Under the pieces are notes generated by a model. The model worked only from the letters and a program-made list of their open reading frames with translations. It searched no databases and was not told the DNA's origin. A stretch of DNA of 64,000 nt from an uncultured Dehalococcoidaceae bacterium (GTDB taxonomy: Bacteria > Chloroflexota > Dehalococcoidia > UBA2979): assembly GCA_964606125.1 (NCBI GenBank), contig CAZSFJ010000001.1, forward strand, positions 1,409 to 65,408, given 5' to 3'. Shown here in pieces: positions 59,936 through 64,000 of the stretch. Every line of letters starts with the position of its first letter. The first letter of the stretch is position 1. The translations under genes and the position numbers were made by a program.

Positions 59936-60487
59936 CTATTTGTTCGTATCCTTCATACTCAGTTGAGATATTGCCTCTCGCCAGCTAGTTAATTGAGCTT
60001 GAGGATCCTGAAATTCAGAGGGAAGCATCTGACTAATCAATGAAACACTTCCTAACAGATTATTGGCCAACGGCGACGATTCGACGTCCTTCGCCAACCA
60101 CTCCACAGCAGGAAACACTGCAATCGAGCTAAGCGAAAGCGTCACAACCAGTAGTGCTGTCAAACAACCTAGGATCATTCCCCCAAAGCGATCAAGCCAC
60201 CCCAACATTAAAACCTTCGTTAGACCCCGCAATAGCAGGCCAAATAAATAACCGAGCAAAATCATTCCAAACATAACCGCCAGAAAGGCAGCGAAATCAG
60301 CGGCGGTAGGATCGTCGATAAGCACCCCAAGATTGCCAGCGAGATTTTCATACAAAGAGCTAGAAGCGATCACACCTACAACCGCACCAACAAAAATCGA
60401 GCATTGCATCAAGAATCCATGCTTAAAACCGCTAAACGTTAACAAAAGAATTATTGCAGTGATCGCACCATCTATCCAATTCATCAA
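59936..60487 (-). CDS. cvpA: CvpA-family membrane protein
   Basis: 183 aa with four TM helices; N-terminal WIDGAIT...GFKHGFL matches the colicin V production protein family. Confidence 0.6.
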   Translation of the reverse strand: MMNWIDGAITAIILLLTFSGFKHGFLMQCSIFVGAVVGVIASSSLYENLAGNLGVLIDDPTAADFAAFLAVMFGMILLGYLFGLLLRGLTKVLMLGWLDRFGGMILGCLTALLVVTLSLSSIAVFPAVEWLAKDVESSPLANNLLGSVSLISQMLPSEFQDPQAQLTSWREAISQLSMKDTNK

Positions 60488-60490
60488 TGC

Positions 60491-61246
60491 TCAGTTATCC
60501 TCCGATGCTGCTTCCAGATACTCGATTGAAATCACTAAATTACTATGAGGCCAATGTCGAATCCTAATCGCTCTATCAGGGTTGGTGTTAAGAAATTGAT
60601 ACGCATGCGTATTGACTTCAAACAGTCGTCTATCGATCAGGAGATAATTAACCTGACCAAAAATCATCATGCGGCTCTTTTGCCATAAACGTGAAGCTTT
60701 GCCTTGCGTCACAATCGGGCTACTACGGATATCTCTGGCTGCTGACACCAGCTCTATGACAATTGCAATAGAAAATACCCCTACTATTATCAAACCGATG
60801 ACTGTCTGTGGAAGTTGTGCTATCAGCCATGAAATCAACAAGATACAAATAAAACTCAACGGTAAAAACACCATGAATTTTCTCCAAACGAGCTTCCTAC
60901 TTTCCGATTCATCACGGAATTCAATGAAATTTCCGGCAAGTTCCTGAGATTGTTCGATAGAGGATCTGGCTGCAAACATTAGTGAAATAATCTTTATATC
61001 CGCGATTACTGCACCTACGGCAGCCAACATCACCACCAAATTGAACTCCAGTCCTATCTCATCGATGAAGTCACGAGAAATGCCCTCCGCTATAAAGCTA
61101 AGAACTGTGAAACAGGTCAAAATTATCCCCGGGATTCCCCATTTCAACAATGATCTCTTATCTAATGACTGCTCAGATAATTCCACTATTTTTCCTACAG
61201 GAATCGACTCCTGATCAATCTTGGATTTATCTTCGAACTTAAACAT
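60491..61246 (-). CDS. Hypothetical polytopic membrane protein
   Basis: 251 aa, about 5 TM helices, no recognised motif. Confidence 0.4.
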   Translation of the reverse strand: MFKFEDKSKIDQESIPVGKIVELSEQSLDKRSLLKWGIPGIILTCFTVLSFIAEGISRDFIDEIGLEFNLVVMLAAVGAVIADIKIISLMFAARSSIEQSQELAGNFIEFRDESESRKLVWRKFMVFLPLSFICILLISWLIAQLPQTVIGLIIVGVFSIAIVIELVSAARDIRSSPIVTQGKASRLWQKSRMMIFGQVNYLLIDRRLFEVNTHAYQFLNTNPDRAIRIRHWPHSNLVISIEYLEAASEDN

Positions 61247-61250
61247 CCGT

Positions 61251-61979
61251 CTAATCCTCTTTTTTCAAATCCAACGGTATTTTCAATTCCATACCGACTG
61301 GGAGAGCCTCGAAATCTTCAAGGTCATTCTCTTGCATCACCAGCTTAGTAAATTCATGTAGGAATGCTCCATTCGGAAGAAATTTTTCAGCAATCGCATA
61401 CAGGGAATCCCCCTCTACGATGATATAGACCGCGTACCTTTTGGTTTCTTCAAAATCACTCGCGGCATTACCAGTCGTAATAGCTGAGGCAAGGGTCTGA
61501 GGTTCTGTGTACAACTCATTTGGTTGAATTACCAGGGTTCGAGCTGCAGTTGTACTATCTGCCGGTGCTGTTGAGTCAATCTGTGTCGATGCTTCTGATT
61601 TAGTCATCAAGACCGCTGTGGGTGATTGGGTCTTATCAGGTACCGGGCTAATCACATACTGACCCAAGGGATATTCTTCGGATACAGCTTGCGTTAGTAG
61701 GCTGACTTTACTTTCCTGACTCAATGGCACGCTCATCTCGTTGGAAATTATGCGATCTCCTGAACTGCCTAGCATCAATACAAAAACGACTAGGCACGAA
61801 GAACATATCGCCACAAATGCCCATCTGCTCAATCCCCGAAGCGCACCATCGCGGTTCGATGTTTCACACCTCTCGCAGAGCGGCTCAGATCCCTCTGACC
61901 GAGTAACCAAAACATTATGGCATCGGCTGCATTCCGACATAAACCGAGGTGTCGATAATCGCCTAGATCTCTCTATCAC
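61251..61979 (-). CDS. Zinc-ribbon / single-TM / LysM-domain protein
   Basis: N-terminal CSRCHNV...CERC zinc ribbon, one TM, and a C-terminal LysM (YAVYIIVEGDSLYAIAEKF). Confidence 0.55.
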   Translation of the reverse strand: MIERSRRLSTPRFMSECSRCHNVLVTRSEGSEPLCERCETSNRDGALRGLSRWAFVAICSSCLVVFVLMLGSSGDRIISNEMSVPLSQESKVSLLTQAVSEEYPLGQYVISPVPDKTQSPTAVLMTKSEASTQIDSTAPADSTTAARTLVIQPNELYTEPQTLASAITTGNAASDFEETKRYAVYIIVEGDSLYAIAEKFLPNGAFLHEFTKLVMQENDLEDFEALPVGMELKIPLDLKKED

Positions 61980-62043
61980 GATTAAAGATTATCGCAGATC
62001 GAACATTTCCTGCAAAACTGATTAATCCAGGGGCCAACTTCCG

Positions 62044-62424
62044 TTATTTGACCTCAACAGTTGCACCCGCAGCCTCAAGAGCATCCTTGATCGAGTCAGC
62101 ATCTTCTTTGCTTACGCCCTCTTTCACGACTCCAGGGGCACTCTCCACGAATTCCTTCGCTTCCTTGAGACCTAGATCAGTAATACTTCGTACAGCCTTA
62201 ATTACATCAATTTTCTTTTCGCCAAAGCTCGCAAGAGTGACTGTTACCGTGGCATCTCCACCAGCATCAGCGTCACCACCAACTGCATCCACCGGGGCTG
62301 CTGCCACAGCCACTGGAGCTGCTGCCGTGACTCCGAATTCTTCTTCGATTGCACTATTGAGATCACGAAGCTCGACGAGAGTCATCTCCTTGACTAGTGC
62401 CATTACATCCTCAACATTACTCAT
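62044..62424 (-). CDS. rplL: 50S ribosomal protein L7/L12
   Basis: 126 aa; an Ala-rich hinge, then [24 protein letters not shown]...[10 protein letters not shown]. Confidence 0.9.
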   Translation of the reverse strand: MSNVEDVMALVKEMTLVELRDLNSAIEEEFGVTAAAPVAVAAAPVDAVGGDADAGGDATVTVTLASFGEKKIDVIKAVRSITDLGLKEAKEFVESAPGVVKEGVSKEDADSIKDALEAAGATVEVK

Positions 62425-62487
62425 GATTGTTTCCTTCCGTTTTCATAAAACTAACAAAAATTCAATTACTTAATACGCGAGTATCTA

Positions 62488-63135
62488 CTACTTGTTCTCA
62501 TCTGCCTCCGCTTCCAAAGTTATCTCTTCTGCCGAAGTTTCTTCCGCTGCTGGAGCTTCTTCCGCTGCTGGAGCTTCTTCCGCTGCCGGAGCTTCTTCCA
62601 CTGCCGGAGCTTCTTCCGCTAATTGCTCCGCCCGTGCTGAAATTAGTCCTGCGAAATCTCTTTGAGTGGCAACCAAAAGCGACGCGAATTCCGAAATTTT
62701 TCCTACCAGATTACCCGCCAGACGAGCCAACAGTTCCTCTTTCGATGGTAGAGTCGCCAGGGTCTCTATGTATGATTTATCAACTAGCTCCCCCTCATAT
62801 ATCCCATTCCTAATCTCGAAGTTAGTTTCCTCTAGGGAAGACAGGTATGAAACGAGGGTTTTGATCGCAGGTACTGGTTCGTCGTAAGCAAATACGACTG
62901 CCGTAGGCCCATCAGCCAATTCAGAAAAAACAGGTAAACCTGCATCGTCGGCCGCTCGCCTAAGCAATGTATTCTTGACGACCTTCACATCAATTGCCGC
63001 GTCGGACATAGCCTGTCTGAATAGAGTTTGATTACCAACGCTCTCACCGACGTATGAGGTAGCGACCGCAAGCTGTGCCCGTTGGATCCGATCCACCAAG
63101 TCGGCTACCTGCTGAATTTTTCGTTCTGTAGGCAA
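62488..63135 (-). CDS. rplJ: 50S ribosomal protein L10 with a repeat-expanded acidic C-terminal tail
   Basis: KIQQVADLVDRIQRAQLAVATSYVGESV...VKVVKNTLLRRA matches the L10 N-terminal domain. Apparent TTG start; the C-terminus carries (EEAPAA)n. Confidence 0.85.
   Translation of the reverse strand: MPTERKIQQVADLVDRIQRAQLAVATSYVGESVGNQTLFRQAMSDAAIDVKVVKNTLLRRAADDAGLPVFSELADGPTAVVFAYDEPVPAIKTLVSYLSSLEETNFEIRNGIYEGELVDKSYIETLATLPSKEELLARLAGNLVGKISEFASLLVATQRDFAGLISARAEQLAEEAPAVEEAPAAEEAPAAEEAPAAEETSAEEITLEAEADENK
62531..62620. repeat. 18-bp tandem repeat, five units (GCyGGAGCTTCTTCCGCT) inside the rplJ 3' end
   Basis: Units at 62531, 62549, 62567, 62585 and 62603 carry 0-2 mismatches each. They encode the EEAPAA repeats of the L10 tail. 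Confidence 0.8.
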
Positions 63136-63138
63136 AAT

Positions 63139-63169
63139 TCATCCCCTCTCTAGATATCACAGGGGATGA
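63139..63169 (-). promoter_or_regulatory. Stem-loop (TCATCCCCT / AGGGGATGA, 9-bp stem) overlapping the rplJ Shine-Dalgarno; possible L10-leader translational control element
   Basis: Perfect 9-bp inverted repeat with a 13-nt internally palindromic loop, 3 nt upstream of the TTG start. The GAGGGG SD lies in the 3' arm. Confidence 0.35.
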
Positions 63170-63327
63170 AAACCAAAAGACTTAGTCTTTCGCATTTTCA
63201 CCTATCACCTGCAATGGTGGGGGATAATGCCCCCGTTAACAGTGCCATTGGTCTTTGGCCTAGGTTTTCTTATCTTATCGGCTAGACTGAGAACTCTATC
63301 GAAATCACTAGCTACCGTCTATAGCCG

Positions 63328-63993
63328 CTAGATAGTCTCCTTCAAGTCTTGCAAATCCAAATTCACACCAGGCCCCATCGTTGCTGATATGCTCGCCGAC
63401 CTAATCAGGTCGCCTTTGGTCCCAGTGGGTCTGTTTCGCTCCATTTCTGAAACGAGACTCCTAAGATTCTCTACCAGTGCGTCTTCATCAAAGGAGGACT
63501 TACCTATTATCGCGTGCACACCATTATTCCTATCCAATCGGAAGTCAATTCGACCTGATTTGACTTCCTCAATTGCCTTGGGAATATCCTCCCCCGAAAG
63601 AACCGTATTCGTTCTAGGGTTAGGCATAAGTCCACGAGGGCCCAAAACTCTTCCTAATGATCCTACTTTCCCCATTAATTCCCTTTGAGCTATCGCAACA
63701 TTGAAGTCCAACATCCCACCTCGAACCGACTCCACCAGATCATCACCACCTACGTGGTCTGCGCCTGCTTCCTTAGCTAATGCTGCGGCTTCTCCTTCCG
63801 CAAAAACAGCTACCCGCACCTCACGACCAGTTCCATGAGGGAGACTCACTGAGCCACGAAGCTGCTGGTCTTGGTTTTGACCATCGAGTGCGGTCTTAAT
63901 ATGAAGCTCCACTGTTTCATCAAACTTCGCGGTTGCGGTCTGCTTGACTAATTGAATTGCCTCCTGCACCTTGTAATGTGCTTCGCTATCCAC
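63328..63993 (-). CDS. rplA: 50S ribosomal protein L1
   Basis: 221 aa, FDETVELHIK...GTGREVRVAVFAEGE...AGADHVG...GKVGSLGRVLGPRGLMPNP, the L1 signature. Confidence 0.9.
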   Translation of the reverse strand: MDSEAHYKVQEAIQLVKQTATAKFDETVELHIKTALDGQNQDQQLRGSVSLPHGTGREVRVAVFAEGEAAALAKEAGADHVGGDDLVESVRGGMLDFNVAIAQRELMGKVGSLGRVLGPRGLMPNPRTNTVLSGEDIPKAIEEVKSGRIDFRLDRNNGVHAIIGKSSFDEDALVENLRSLVSEMERNRPTGTKGDLIRSASISATMGPGVNLDLQDLKETI

Positions 63994-64000
63994 ATCAGCT

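Noticed and set aside
62427-62813. Plus-strand ORF encoding LPLLELLPLLELLPLPELLP repeats
   Set aside because: It is an antisense reading of the 18-bp tandem repeat in rplJ. The repeat is explained by the L10 (EEAPAA)n tail on the minus strand.
1-64000. Search for CRISPR arrays, tRNA/rRNA genes, IS elements and integrases
   Set aside because: No regularly spaced direct repeats, no tRNA-like T-arm/acceptor signatures in the intergenic gaps (all under 400 bp), and no transposase or integrase-like ORFs were seen. The window appears to be core chromosome.

Overview
This 64 kb window is a gene-dense, mostly housekeeping chromosomal segment of a bacterium, with no obvious mobile or defence island. 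The lineage is not certain; the CIRCE/HrcA heat-shock operon, split purL/purQ, b6-type split cytochrome b, an Arg/Gly-rich N-terminal extension on Rho and a Ycf45-like R3H ATPase are reminiscent of Chloroflexota-like lineages. Identifiable content:
- Translation and replication: partial ssb and rpsF at the left edge, rpsU-yqeY, rho, dnaE, tmk, and rplA-rplJ-rplL at the right edge.
- Chaperones: hrcA-grpE-dnaK-dnaJ-prmA on the minus strand behind a perfect CIRCE operator.
- Respiration: a b6f-type Rieske/cytochrome b operon (cytochrome b6-like, extended subunit IV-like, Rieske, and a monoheme cytochrome c fused to a cupredoxin).
- Biosynthesis and metabolism: purL, purQ, purA, pdxS/pdxT, pheA, lysC, thrB, thiolase, enoyl-CoA hydratase, acyl-CoA dehydrogenase, glpK, a tungsten-type aldehyde:ferredoxin oxidoreductase, and fabH followed by a KAS-fold paralog.
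- Two paralogous MoxR AAA+ / DUF58 modules: one with a TgpA-like transglutaminase-domain membrane protein flanked by two M23 peptidases, and one classical Bat-like module (DUF4381, BatA, BatB-TPR).
The observations most worth follow-up are:
- a KAS-fold protein next to fabH whose Cys-His-His triad appears fully substituted;
- a TgpA-like protein whose Cys-His-Asp triad appears substituted (F/S/N);
- the cytochrome c-cupredoxin fusion, together with an unannotated single-TM mini-ORF upstream of the cytochrome b gene and two tandem Cys-containing mini-proteins downstream of the operon;
- an 18-bp tandem repeat that extends the L10 C-terminus.
No tRNA, rRNA or CRISPR array was detected.
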